Shown here piece after piece: positions 29,634-38,402 of a DNA stretch of 64,000 nucleotides. The position numbers and the translations under genes are program-made. Position 1 is the stretch's first letter. Each line of letters begins with the position of its first letter. Location of the stretch: NCBI GenBank assembly GCA_963663275.1, contig OY760183.1, forward strand, positions 352,001-416,000, given 5' to 3'. This DNA comes from Chloroflexota bacterium (GTDB lineage: Bacteria; Chloroflexota; UBA11872; VXOZ01). Under the pieces are notes generated by a model. That model ran no database searches, had not been told where the DNA came from, and worked only from the letters and a program-made list of their open reading frames with translations.

Positions 29634-30827
29634 CAATGTTGTCGCATTAAAGTGAAGGGGCTACTTTAGTAAGGTAATGAGCGATATATCTTACAAAGGA
29701 GCCTTGGCTAATGGTAGCACAGACGGTAGGAGTAGGACGGCGGCTATGGCGTGAGTTGGAGCCGGCGCTGACGGCGGCAGCACGGGTGAGGGGAGCGGAT
29801 CGCTATCGCAAGCATTTTTCGGTGCGAGCGCATGTGGGGATGCTGCTTGGACACGTGCTGAGTGGGAGTGGGAGCCTGCGGCAAAGCCATGGGCTGCAGA
29901 TGGGTGATGTGGTGTGGCGACGGCGGTTGGGTTTAGCGTCGGGCATAAGTTACAGTCAGTTGGCACGTTCATCCCAGACGCGGCCGTTGGCGTGTTTTAC
30001 GGCGGCGTGGGAGGTGTTGGCGCGGCAGGTGCAAGCACGTGGGCCGGCGCACGTACGGCGGGTGGTGGCGGTGGACGGCAGTTTTCTGGCGCTGAGCGCG
30101 GCGTGTAGTCCGTGGAGCGTGCACCAAGGACATGAGGCGGGAGTACGGCTGCAGATGGCATATGCCGTGGACACACAGGTGCCGACGCGGTTACAGGTGA
30201 CGTTGGCGGACGCGAATGACGTGACGGCGTTCAAGCGTTGGGATCTGGCGCGGTGGCAGGGCTGGACGCTCTTGCTAGACTTGGGCTACTACGCGCATCG
30301 GGTCTTTGCGCAGATGCGGGAGGCAGGTGTGCACTTCGTGACGCGCCTGCACCCGCAGGCTGCCTACTGCGTGGTGCGCGAGCGTGCCGTGACCGGCGCG
30401 CGCACGCCGGCAGGAGACGTGGTGGTGCGGGACGCGGTGATCGTGCTGGGCAGCGCCAACAACCGCAACGGCGCGGTCTTAGCAGAGATGCGCCTGGTGG
30501 TCAGCCGCACGGCGCAGGGGAAAACGCACCACTTCATCACCGACCGTCACGACCTGAGCGCTCCAGAGGTGGTGTGGCTCTACCGCAAACGCTGGCAGAT
30601 CGAGTTGTTCTTTCGCTGGCTGAAGCATGTGTTGGGCGCAATCCGCCCCATTGGATACAGCCGTGCCGCCGTCTGGCTCACCTTGGTGGTCGCCAGCATC
30701 GTGGCCGTGCTCGCACAGCTCTTGGAGGAACTACGTCCAGCTAGCAGCACTCGCGTCTCCTGGCTGCGCACGCTTGCCGCTTCCTTGCCCCGCGCACTCC
30801 GCTTCAGCGGTTAATGCGACAGCATTG
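29634..30827 (+). mobile_element. Complete IS4-family insertion sequence inserted into a REP-A
   Basis: 17-bp TIRs CAATGTTGTCGCATTAA / TTAATGCGACAGCATTG; 11-bp target duplication GGGCTCGTCCC. Confidence 0.93.
29711..30814 (+). CDS. IS4-family DDE transposase
   Basis: AVDGS, LLDLGYY, YRKRWQIELFFRWLK (YREK signature); stop lies in the right TIR. Confidence 0.93.
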   Translation: MVAQTVGVGRRLWRELEPALTAAARVRGADRYRKHFSVRAHVGMLLGHVLSGSGSLRQSHGLQMGDVVWRRRLGLASGISYSQLARSSQTRPLACFTAAWEVLARQVQARGPAHVRRVVAVDGSFLALSAACSPWSVHQGHEAGVRLQMAYAVDTQVPTRLQVTLADANDVTAFKRWDLARWQGWTLLLDLGYYAHRVFAQMREAGVHFVTRLHPQAAYCVVRERAVTGARTPAGDVVVRDAVIVLGSANNRNGAVLAEMRLVVSRTAQGKTHHFITDRHDLSAPEVVWLYRKRWQIELFFRWLKHVLGAIRPIGYSRAAVWLTLVVASIVAVLAQLLEELRPASSTRVSWLRTLAASLPRALRFSG

Positions 30828-30947
30828 GGGCTCGTCCCCCGCCGTCTGGCCGACGCACCGTAGCGCGGGGGCTCGTCCTCCGCCGTCTGGCCGACGCACC
30901 GTAGCGCGGGAGCTCGCCCCCCGCAAGCCTGCAAGAACGGGAACGAC

Positions 30948-31439
30948 ATGGCTACAAAAACCAACACGCATCAACGCTACCACAGGCGCATTCGCCTAGA
31001 CCGCAAGCTCTATGGCCAATTGGGCGCGATATGCTCGGTGACTGCTGGTACGCGAGCACGGCGCGCGATCTTTGCAGACCCAGGCGCGGCGCATGCGGCG
31101 AGGCACGTGTTGCACGCACATGCTCAAAAGACCGGCGTGCCAGTTTACGGCTACTGCCTGATGCCTGATCACGCCCACCTGGTTATCGGACCGTCTCCGA
31201 CTTGCGATATCATAGACTTCACTGGCCAATTTAAGAATGTCGCGCAGCGCGCCGTTTGGAAGCAAGGGGTGACCGGTCGCATCTGGCAAGTGAGTTTTTG
31301 GGACCACTTCTTGCGGAAAGAAGAGAGTCTTGAGGAAGTAGTGCGATACGTACTCAACAACCCAGTTCGAAAAGGAATGGTGCGGAAGTGGCAAGACTAT
31401 CCATTCTCCGGCTCACTGGAGCTGACGTTGGAAGACTAA
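30948..31439 (+). CDS. REP-associated tyrosine transposase (RAYT, Y1/HUH family)
   Basis: MPDHAHL HUH motif, WQ.SFWDH, RYVLNNP catalytic Tyr, W.DYPFS; flanked by inverted REP-A copies. Confidence 0.92.
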   Translation: MATKTNTHQRYHRRIRLDRKLYGQLGAICSVTAGTRARRAIFADPGAAHAARHVLHAHAQKTGVPVYGYCLMPDHAHLVIGPSPTCDIIDFTGQFKNVAQRAVWKQGVTGRIWQVSFWDHFLRKEESLEEVVRYVLNNPVRKGMVRKWQDYPFSGSLELTLED

Positions 31440-31865
31440 GGTAAAATGTGGTTTCCCTGCGGCTAAGAGGCGGGGGACGAGCCCCCGCGCTACGGGTTGG
31501 CCAAGTTGCGAGGGAACAAGCGATTCGTTCTCACACTCACTGGTACTGACGTTGGAAGAGTAGGGTGAAATGTGGTCTCCCTGCGGCTAAGAGGCGGGGG
31601 ACAAGCCCCCGCGCTACGGGTTGGAAGAGATGCAGGGGGACAAACAACTCCTCTCTAAGCTCACTGGATCTGATGTTGCAGGAGCAGGGCGCAATGCCGC
31701 TCCCCAGCCCCTAAGAGGCGGGGGACGAGCCCCCGCGCTACGGGTAGGAAGAGATGCAGGGGGACAAACAACTCCTCTCTAAGCTCACTGGATCAGATGT
31801 TGCAGAAGCAGGGCGCAATGCCATCCCCCAGCCCCAAAGAGGCGGGGGACAAGCCCCCGCGCTAC
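31370..31865 (-). repeat. Four 124-bp units, each ending in an inverted REP-A
   Basis: REPs at 31470, 31594, 31718 and 31842; CTCACTGG at 31412, 31536, 31660 and 31784. Confidence 0.9.
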
Positions 31866-31998
31866 GGGTCGGTCAGGAAGCGAGCGGGTTGGCCAAGAAC
31901 CGTGGAGACAAGCACGCGCGATTAGTGCGACGCTACCAGTGAGCGAGAAGATACTCTATGCTAAGCAAAGCCGGGGACAAACTGAAGGACATTGAACC

Positions 31999-33009
31999 AT
32001 GAAACGTGTTGGCATCATCGGCTGCGGCCAGATTGCCGCCAGAGGGCACCAGAGCGGCTACGGCGAACTAGCGGACCGCATCAGCGTCGCCGCGGTAGCG
32101 GATCCGGCGGCGGAGCGGCGCGGCCTGTTGGGCGACCGGTTTCAGATTCCGGACGCGGCGCGCTACGACGACTATCGCGACCTGCTCGCCCGTGACGACC
32201 TGGACTTCGTGGACATCTGTCTGCCGCACCACCTGCACCATCCGGCCACGCTCGCCGCGGCCGCGGCCGGACACAACATCCTGCTGGAAAAGCCCATCGC
32301 CGCCCGTGAAGACGAGGCGCTGGAGATGATCGCCGCCGTCGAGCAGGCCGGCATCGTCTTCTCGCTGATCCACAACTACTCGCGCCAGCCCGTGCCCGCC
32401 CGCATTCTGGAACTGGTGCACGGCGGCGCCATTGGCTCTCCCTACCTGGTGCGCTACGAAGGCTTTGGCAACTATCACTATTTGGGCACCGCGGCCTACG
32501 ACCCGGCCTGGCGGGCCGAAGCCGGACGCGGCGGCGGCGGCGCGCTGCTGGACAACGGCTACCACAGCATCTACCTGGCGCGCTACGTGATGCAGTCCGA
32601 GGTGCGGGAGGTCTTTGGCGCGGTGGGCACCTTTGCCCGCGACTTCGAGGTGGAAGACACCGCCCTGGCGCTGCTGCGCCACGAAAACGGCGCAATCACC
32701 TCCATCCAAAACGGCTGGGGCGCGGACCGGAGCATGCCGGCCCGCGAAATCCAGGGTTCCACCGGGTCGATTCTGCTCCGGGGCAACGCGGAACGTCCCA
32801 TCGAGCTATGGAACGGCGACCGCTGCGAGTATCCCGCGCCCATGCCCGCCCAGCCCAGCGACTACGCGCAAATCTTCAGCGCCTACTGCGACGCGCTGGA
32901 CGGCGCCGGCCCCGTGCCCACCACCGCCGCCGACGGCCTGATGAACCTGCGCATCATCCTGGCCGCCTACGAAGCCAGCCGCGCGGGCCGCGTGGTGACG
33001 CTCCCGTAG
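31999..33009 (+). CDS. Gfo/Idh/MocA family oxidoreductase
   Basis: GIIGCG, LLEKP, GGGALLDNGYH, VEDTA. Confidence 0.92.
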   Translation: MKRVGIIGCGQIAARGHQSGYGELADRISVAAVADPAAERRGLLGDRFQIPDAARYDDYRDLLARDDLDFVDICLPHHLHHPATLAAAAAGHNILLEKPIAAREDEALEMIAAVEQAGIVFSLIHNYSRQPVPARILELVHGGAIGSPYLVRYEGFGNYHYLGTAAYDPAWRAEAGRGGGGALLDNGYHSIYLARYVMQSEVREVFGAVGTFARDFEVEDTALALLRHENGAITSIQNGWGADRSMPAREIQGSTGSILLRGNAERPIELWNGDRCEYPAPMPAQPSDYAQIFSAYCDALDGAGPVPTTAADGLMNLRIILAAYEASRAGRVVTLP

Positions 33010-33161
33010 TTCATAACCGTCAAATGGAGTTGTGTCGCGCGGCAGCGTGTAGTACACTCACACGTCAAGAGAATTGCACGTTGCTTCTAACATTCCGCTG
33101 CCTCAAACTCGAATCGGACACGAATTCAGCCATTCGTTTGGATATATGAAAGGTCTCCTCT

Positions 33162-33545
33162 ATGAACGCGGAAGAGCAAGTGCAGCAAGAGCAGGAAGAG
33201 CAGGAGCGGGTAGAACCGTCCAGCGACAGGCAGTTGCGCCGGGTAGTGCAGGCCATGGTAGAGGTGAATCCGGAGCTTAGCGAGCGCTATGGGGAAGAGT
33301 TGGCCCGCTCGTTCGTCGAGCGCCTCCACACCGTCATCGACCAGCGTATCGAGGCGAGATTTGGGATGCCGGGAAGCCGCCCGTACTCGCTGCTGCTGCC
33401 CCTCGTTTCGCTCGTGATCGGCCTCTTGGGAATGGCCATTATCGGCGTCACCGGCGGCCCCTTCGTGGGCTTCGGCACGATCCTCTCCCCCTGGATCCCC
33501 ATCGTCGCCATCAACATCATCTACGCAATCCGCACGAGCAACTGA
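33162..33545 (+). CDS. Hypothetical membrane protein (helical N-terminus, 2 TM helices)
   Basis: EL...F.ERL...ID.R.EAR motif shared with 35084-35446. Confidence 0.7.
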   Translation: MNAEEQVQQEQEEQERVEPSSDRQLRRVVQAMVEVNPELSERYGEELARSFVERLHTVIDQRIEARFGMPGSRPYSLLLPLVSLVIGLLGMAIIGVTGGPFVGFGTILSPWIPIVAINIIYAIRTSN

Positions 33546-33582
33546 GGCCGCGCCGCAGTAGCCGCCCCAGCAGGCGACTCAA

Positions 33583-33700
33583 TCCCTCTCCCTGGGCAGA
33601 GCACACGCGCAAAAACTCCCTCTCCCTGGAGAGAGCACACGCGCAAAAACCCCCTCTCCCTGGAGAGAGCACGCGCGCAAAGACCCCCTCTCCCTGGGAG
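33583..33700 (+). repeat. ~33-bp tandem of class G half-repeats preceding the IS481
   Basis: CCCTCTCCCTGG..AGAGCAC.CGCGCAAA repeated 3-4 times. Confidence 0.8.
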
Positions 33701-34966
33701 TGTAGAGCCCGGGGACATAGGTAACACATTTTCAGGGACATAGGTTACACCATAAGGCATGGGAATTCGTCACTAGAGGAGGACGACCATGTCGTGGAAA
33801 GTGAGTACACCTATGTCTGAGCGGGAAGAGTTTATAGCCGTGATGCTGACGGGTGAGGTGAGCATGAGCGCACTGTGCAAGCGTATGGGCATCAGCCGCA
33901 AGACCGGCTACAAGTGGCGCACGCGCTACAGGCAGGGCGGGATGGAGAACCTGGGGGACCGGTCGCGGCGTCCGCACACCAGCCCACAGCGCACGCGTCC
34001 AGAGATGGAGCGGCACATCATCGCCTTGCGCCTGGCACATCCGGGGAAGGGCGCGGACGCGCTGGGCCGGATGCTGCGGAACCGCGGCTACGCCGACGTG
34101 CCCGCCAGGAGCACCATCAACGCCATTCTCAAGCGCCACGGGTTGATCGACCCGGCCGAGAGCGCCAAGCGCATGCCCTTCATTCGCTTTGAGCGCCCGC
34201 TGCCCAACGAACTCTGGCAGATGGACTTCAAGGGGCATTTCGCCATGTCTCGCGACCGCTGCCATCCGCTCACCGTGCTCGACGACCATTCCCGCTACAA
34301 CCTGGCTGTGGAGGCCTGCGCCGACGAGCGGGGTCAGACCGTCCAGGAGCGCCTCACCCGCGTCTTTCGGCGCTACGGCCTGCCTGCGGCCATGCTCATG
34401 GACAACGGCGCCCCCTGGGGCAACGACAGCGCCCATCCCTTCACGCCGCTCACCGTCTGGCTCATGCGCCTGGGCATCAAGGTGCTTCACAGCCGTCCCT
34501 ACCATCCCCAGACCCTCGGCAAGCTGGAACGCTTCCACCGCTCCCTGAAAAGCGAAGTCCTGGCCGGTCGCACCTTCACCAACCTGGAGCACTGCCAGCG
34601 CGCCTTCGACGCTTGGCGGCACTTCTACAACCGGGAACGCCCGCACCACGCCCTCACGCTCAACACGCCCGTCAGCCGGTACACGCCCAGTCCACAGCCC
34701 TTTCCCGAAACGCTGCCCCCCATCACCTACGCTCCCGACGACCAGGTGCGCGCCGTCGACGTCAGCGGCCGCATCTCGTTCCAGGGCAAGACCCTCCGCG
34801 TGGGGCGAGCTTTCGCCCACACCCGCGTCGCCCTGCGACCCACGCAAACCGACGGCGTCTGGAACGTATACTTCGCTGTCAATCCGATAAGAACGGTAGA
34901 CCTCAGTGAACAAAATGTGTAACCTATCTCCCTGAATAACTGTTACCCATGTCCCCGGACTGTACA
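33701..34966 (+). mobile_element. Complete IS481-family insertion sequence inserted into a class G repeat
   Basis: TGT...ACA ends, TIR TGTAGAGCCCGGGGACATAGGTAACA / TGTTACCCATGTCCCCGGACTGTACA, subterminal repeats, GGGAG duplication. Confidence 0.92.
33789..34922 (+). CDS. IS481-family transposase
   Basis: HTH (GISRKTGYKW), WQMDFKG, DDHSR, DNG, GKLERFH integrase-core motifs. Confidence 0.95.
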   Translation: MSWKVSTPMSEREEFIAVMLTGEVSMSALCKRMGISRKTGYKWRTRYRQGGMENLGDRSRRPHTSPQRTRPEMERHIIALRLAHPGKGADALGRMLRNRGYADVPARSTINAILKRHGLIDPAESAKRMPFIRFERPLPNELWQMDFKGHFAMSRDRCHPLTVLDDHSRYNLAVEACADERGQTVQERLTRVFRRYGLPAAMLMDNGAPWGNDSAHPFTPLTVWLMRLGIKVLHSRPYHPQTLGKLERFHRSLKSEVLAGRTFTNLEHCQRAFDAWRHFYNRERPHHALTLNTPVSRYTPSPQPFPETLPPITYAPDDQVRAVDVSGRISFQGKTLRVGRAFAHTRVALRPTQTDGVWNVYFAVNPIRTVDLSEQNV

Positions 34967-35083
34967 GGGAGAGGGCCGGGGTGAGGGGAAAAGCGCGAAG
35001 CCGTCCGCGCCCGGCATCAGGCGCGATTTCGCCCGGGCGCGCGAGTGAACGACACCGGAGCAGACGCGCGGAGGACAAAGCGC

Positions 35084-35446
35084 ATGAGCAGCAACTCGCC
35101 GGAGCAAGACAAGGAAAAACAACGGGAAGCCGACCGCAACCGCGATGAGTTGCACGCCATCCTCTCGGCCCGGCAGGAACTCGGCGCGGAGTACAACGAC
35201 GAACTGGCCGACATGCTCATGGAGCGCCTGGATGCCGTAATCGACCGCCGGGTGGAAGCGCGCCTGCAGAACGTCTCCAAGAGTTCTCTCTCGCCGGCCG
35301 TGCCGATTTGCTCGTTTATCTTTGCCATTCCGCTGACCGCGATCGCGGCCACTTTGGTCGGACCCGTGGGCGTGGCTATCGTCTGGGTCGCATTGATAGT
35401 AGTCAACATCCTCTACTCCGGCAAGAAGATCAGCGACATCTTCTAG
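35084..35446 (+). CDS. Hypothetical membrane protein, paralog of 33162-33545
   Basis: ARQELGAEYNDELAD..MERLDAVIDRRVEARL plus 2 TM helices; GGAGGA RBS before ATG 35084. Confidence 0.72.
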   Translation: MSSNSPEQDKEKQREADRNRDELHAILSARQELGAEYNDELADMLMERLDAVIDRRVEARLQNVSKSSLSPAVPICSFIFAIPLTAIAATLVGPVGVAIVWVALIVVNILYSGKKISDIF

Positions 35447-35507
35447 CAGGTCCCGGTAGCACTTCCCGGCATGTTTGTGACACCATCTGGATGGAGGACA
35501 AGAAGAG

Positions 35508-35744
35508 ATGGAGAACTACGAGTTCTGGGCCACCATCGCCACCGTCGTGCTGGCCGCGATCGCGGTTGCCGCGTTTGTTACACACGGGCAGAATAACCTG
35601 CGCAACGAACTCCGCTCAGAAATACGCGAACTAACTACACGCGTTTCCAGTCTTGAGCAGCGCGTAGCCCGCCTGGAAGGGTTGTTCGAGGACATACGCG
35701 CGCTCTTCCGGCGCGGGGAAGCGACCAAAGAAGAACATTCGTGA
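35508..35744 (+). CDS. Small protein with an N-terminal TM helix and coiled coil
   Basis: GGAGGA RBS; hydrophobic N-terminus; LRNELRSEIREL..RVSSLEQRVARLEG heptads. Confidence 0.7.
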   Translation: MENYEFWATIATVVLAAIAVAAFVTHGQNNLRNELRSEIRELTTRVSSLEQRVARLEGLFEDIRALFRRGEATKEEHS

Positions 35745-35755
35745 ATCGCCCCTGC

Positions 35756-35851
35756 GAACGGCTATACGCCACCTTGCGCGGTTCTTTTCACCCTTCGACG
35801 CGGCTCAGGGCGAACGTCCCTCGTGCAGACTAGAAGATTGTAAACAGGCTC
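35756..35851. mobile_element. Truncated MITE family C
   Basis: Reverse complement of about the first 96 bp of 23779-23951; ends GTAAACAGGCTC-TAA. Confidence 0.75.
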
Positions 35852-36807
35852 TAAGACACGGTTGAGTCCGTTATCCGTACCGCGTAATGGAAGACCTCGT
35901 TGAGGAATGCAATCCATTCCGCGCCGTCATGGGCCAAGTCGTCCAGCAAGAATACCTTGACAACGCCCATGTCATCGAGCCTGGCTTTCATTTCCGGTGT
36001 AACGACGCCCGCGACCAGGAAGTTAACGCAATTCGGCGGCGTCGCTTCAAAGCTCTTCTGCATCGCGCCCAGACGTTCGAGCGCGCCGGCCGGGTCTTTG
36101 CCCCCCTTTATCTCAATCGTTGCGACCAGCCTCTCATCACCCCCGGTGTCTTGTCGAAACAGGATGTCCGGCTCGGAGCCAAAGCGCATCCGGTAGCCAT
36201 TTGGCAACCGGAACTCCGTTTCTTCTTCATCCTGAGCCAACACCAACCGCCGGCTTTCCAGCCAGTTCCTGATCCGAGTCTTTACCAGGTTTTCGGCGTC
36301 GCGGCCGATAATGTTGCGAAACGTCCCATCCAGCCCTATGCCCATGTTGGCGATGATGTTCCGATAGCCGTTCTCTAGGCTCCAATTCGTCGTGCCCTCG
36401 ATAATTGAGGAAATCACGGCATTGTAGAGCCGGGCTACGCGCAGGCTCTGCTCGTCTCCGATGGGCGCTTTGCGCGAGCCGTCTTCCCAAGAGGACACGG
36501 GCACGGCAATGTCCGCCACCCGCTTCTGCGGCAGCAACGCTATCCCACGGTAGTATTGCGAGGTTCGAGGATGTTCTCGGAGAAGCAGGGGATGGGCGAA
36601 CACCAGCTTGGGATCTATACCGGAAACCGCAACGCACTCCCACGCCTGCTCGCTGATCATCAGTTCGTCCAATGGCCCGAAATCCAGCTCTCCCCTGAAA
36701 CTCTCGATCAACGTTCTCAGGTCTTGATCCGTCCGTTGCCGGATTCGCTCCGCCATCAGCGTTGACCTGAGCCGCGCGTCGTCCAGGCCGTTCACGTCCG
36801 CACCCAC
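35851..36807 (-). CDS. Type II restriction endonuclease, PD-(D/E)xK fold, XcyI-like
   Basis: SEPDILF...IEIKGGKD, VFAHP..L, YYRG, G.FRN.IG; overlaps the end of the methyltransferase gene. Confidence 0.75.
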   Translation of the reverse strand: MGADVNGLDDARLRSTLMAERIRQRTDQDLRTLIESFRGELDFGPLDELMISEQAWECVAVSGIDPKLVFAHPLLLREHPRTSQYYRGIALLPQKRVADIAVPVSSWEDGSRKAPIGDEQSLRVARLYNAVISSIIEGTTNWSLENGYRNIIANMGIGLDGTFRNIIGRDAENLVKTRIRNWLESRRLVLAQDEEETEFRLPNGYRMRFGSEPDILFRQDTGGDERLVATIEIKGGKDPAGALERLGAMQKSFEATPPNCVNFLVAGVVTPEMKARLDDMGVVKVFLLDDLAHDGAEWIAFLNEVFHYAVRITDSTVS

Positions 36808-38183
36808 CTATAGACGCATTTTCTGATCTCGCGCCTCCCAAAGCGGCCCATTTGCTGGCTGGAGTTGCCCTTGCCCCGGGGCAGCATCCAGATATTCTCG
36901 CAGACGAATCCCGACTGCTCCGCAAAGTCGGACAGGATAAGGTCTACCGGCGCTTCTTCGCCGTGGTACTGGACGTTGTCGTTCACCATGATTACGGCGC
37001 CGCCCGGGCGGATTACCCGGCCCAACTCCGCGACAACGAGCGCCATCTCCTGAAAGTACCCTTCCAGCAGCCTGATCACGTGCCTGTTGCTCAACTCGCT
37101 TACGTGCTCTTCGAGTATCCCGAGCACCTCGTGGATGGCTGCCTGATTCCGGTACATTGCCAGCGCGCCATCCAGCAGGCCGGGATTCCCACTGTATACC
37201 TGGCGCAGCCACGAGAGTTTCGACTTGCTCTCCACGGTTGCGGACAACATCCGCTGCCGCAGGTCGCTGAAGCCTTTCTGATCGAAGCCAAGCCAGGCGA
37301 GTTCCAGCGCGTACGTGCGCGTGTAGTCATATCTGTTGGCGTAGGGAGGCGAGGTCAGCGCCATGTCGAACTGCGCGTCCTCCAACGCTTGCATCGAGTC
37401 CAGACACGACCCGGTGATCAACCTCGGACTGCCGCCTCCGTACTCTTGCTTGAGTATCTCTATGTCCTGGGACATCTCGAACAACCGCGCTCCCAGCGCC
37501 TGCTCGAACGAGAGAATAGGCCCCTTGTGCACCTTCGCCCTCAGGTTTCGACCGGACCGGTAGTCCCAGCGCAGGTACTGGCCGTCCTTGCGCGTATAGC
37601 TCACGTCTTCGAGGACTGTCATGCATGCCACGTTCAGCAGCGTTTGCAGCACACGATCATCAATGGAAGCAATGAACTGCCGGGCCTTGGCAATGGCAAT
37701 CTCCGTCGTCTCCGGAAAGGCCGCCTGCGTGATGGCGACGTGGGGGAACGCAAATCCCGCGGGCGCCGGTTCATCGGACGAGATTCTGCCAATCAGTTCG
37801 CTGCCCACGGCTTCGAGTTCCGTCTTGGCTACCCCGTTAGCGGCATGGGCGATCGCATTGCCTACCAACACGCCAACGGGCATTATCTCGATCCCCGTCG
37901 CCGCGCTCCCCTTGCTCGCGGCAATCAATGGCGTGGTGCCGATGCCGGCGAAGGGATCGAGCACGGCCGCCGGTTGGTGTTCGTCGATGAACCGCTCCAC
38001 GAGACCGCTGGAAAAGCCCTCCTTGTACTTCATCCACCGCAGACCGGGAACCTGACGGTTTCCCTGATAGGAAACTGCTTTGCGGCTGAAGCCGGCGTTG
38101 ACGGATATGCGATCCCCGAAGCGATCGTTAAGCGCCTGGCGGCCCGCAACGCTGCCTCCATTGGGAGAAATCAGCGGCTCCAT
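36792..38183 (-). CDS. DNA amino-methyltransferase, likely N4-cytosine
   Basis: Motif I VLDPFAGIGTT precedes motif IV TSPPY; AGGAG RBS. Confidence 0.88.
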   Translation of the reverse strand: MEPLISPNGGSVAGRQALNDRFGDRISVNAGFSRKAVSYQGNRQVPGLRWMKYKEGFSSGLVERFIDEHQPAAVLDPFAGIGTTPLIAASKGSAATGIEIMPVGVLVGNAIAHAANGVAKTELEAVGSELIGRISSDEPAPAGFAFPHVAITQAAFPETTEIAIAKARQFIASIDDRVLQTLLNVACMTVLEDVSYTRKDGQYLRWDYRSGRNLRAKVHKGPILSFEQALGARLFEMSQDIEILKQEYGGGSPRLITGSCLDSMQALEDAQFDMALTSPPYANRYDYTRTYALELAWLGFDQKGFSDLRQRMLSATVESKSKLSWLRQVYSGNPGLLDGALAMYRNQAAIHEVLGILEEHVSELSNRHVIRLLEGYFQEMALVVAELGRVIRPGGAVIMVNDNVQYHGEEAPVDLILSDFAEQSGFVCENIWMLPRGKGNSSQQMGRFGRREIRKCVYRWVRT

Positions 38184-38402
38184 CTATGTGGACTCCTGTC
38201 AATGGTGGGACTATGTCCGTTTACTGCTAGGCGTGTGGACGCGGCCGTAGTTCTCTATGACAGTATACGCGAGAGCCGCGCCGCCATCCCGTAGCGCGGG
38301 GGCTTGTCCCCCGCCTCTTTGGGGGGGACTGACGCCTTGGGCCGCGGCGGAACGCGGGAATCCGCGCCGCCGTTGCCCATCGCCGCAACCGGGGTTGGGC
38401 CG

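Noticed and set aside
31370-31865. CRISPR-like periodic array next to a nuclease gene
   Set aside because: The spacers are about 100 bp and homologous to each other and to the RAYT 3' end; this is a tandem amplification.
35851-36807. Assigning CCCGGG specificity from the XcyI resemblance
   Set aside because: The similarity is at motif level only; specificity cannot be inferred without a search or methylome.
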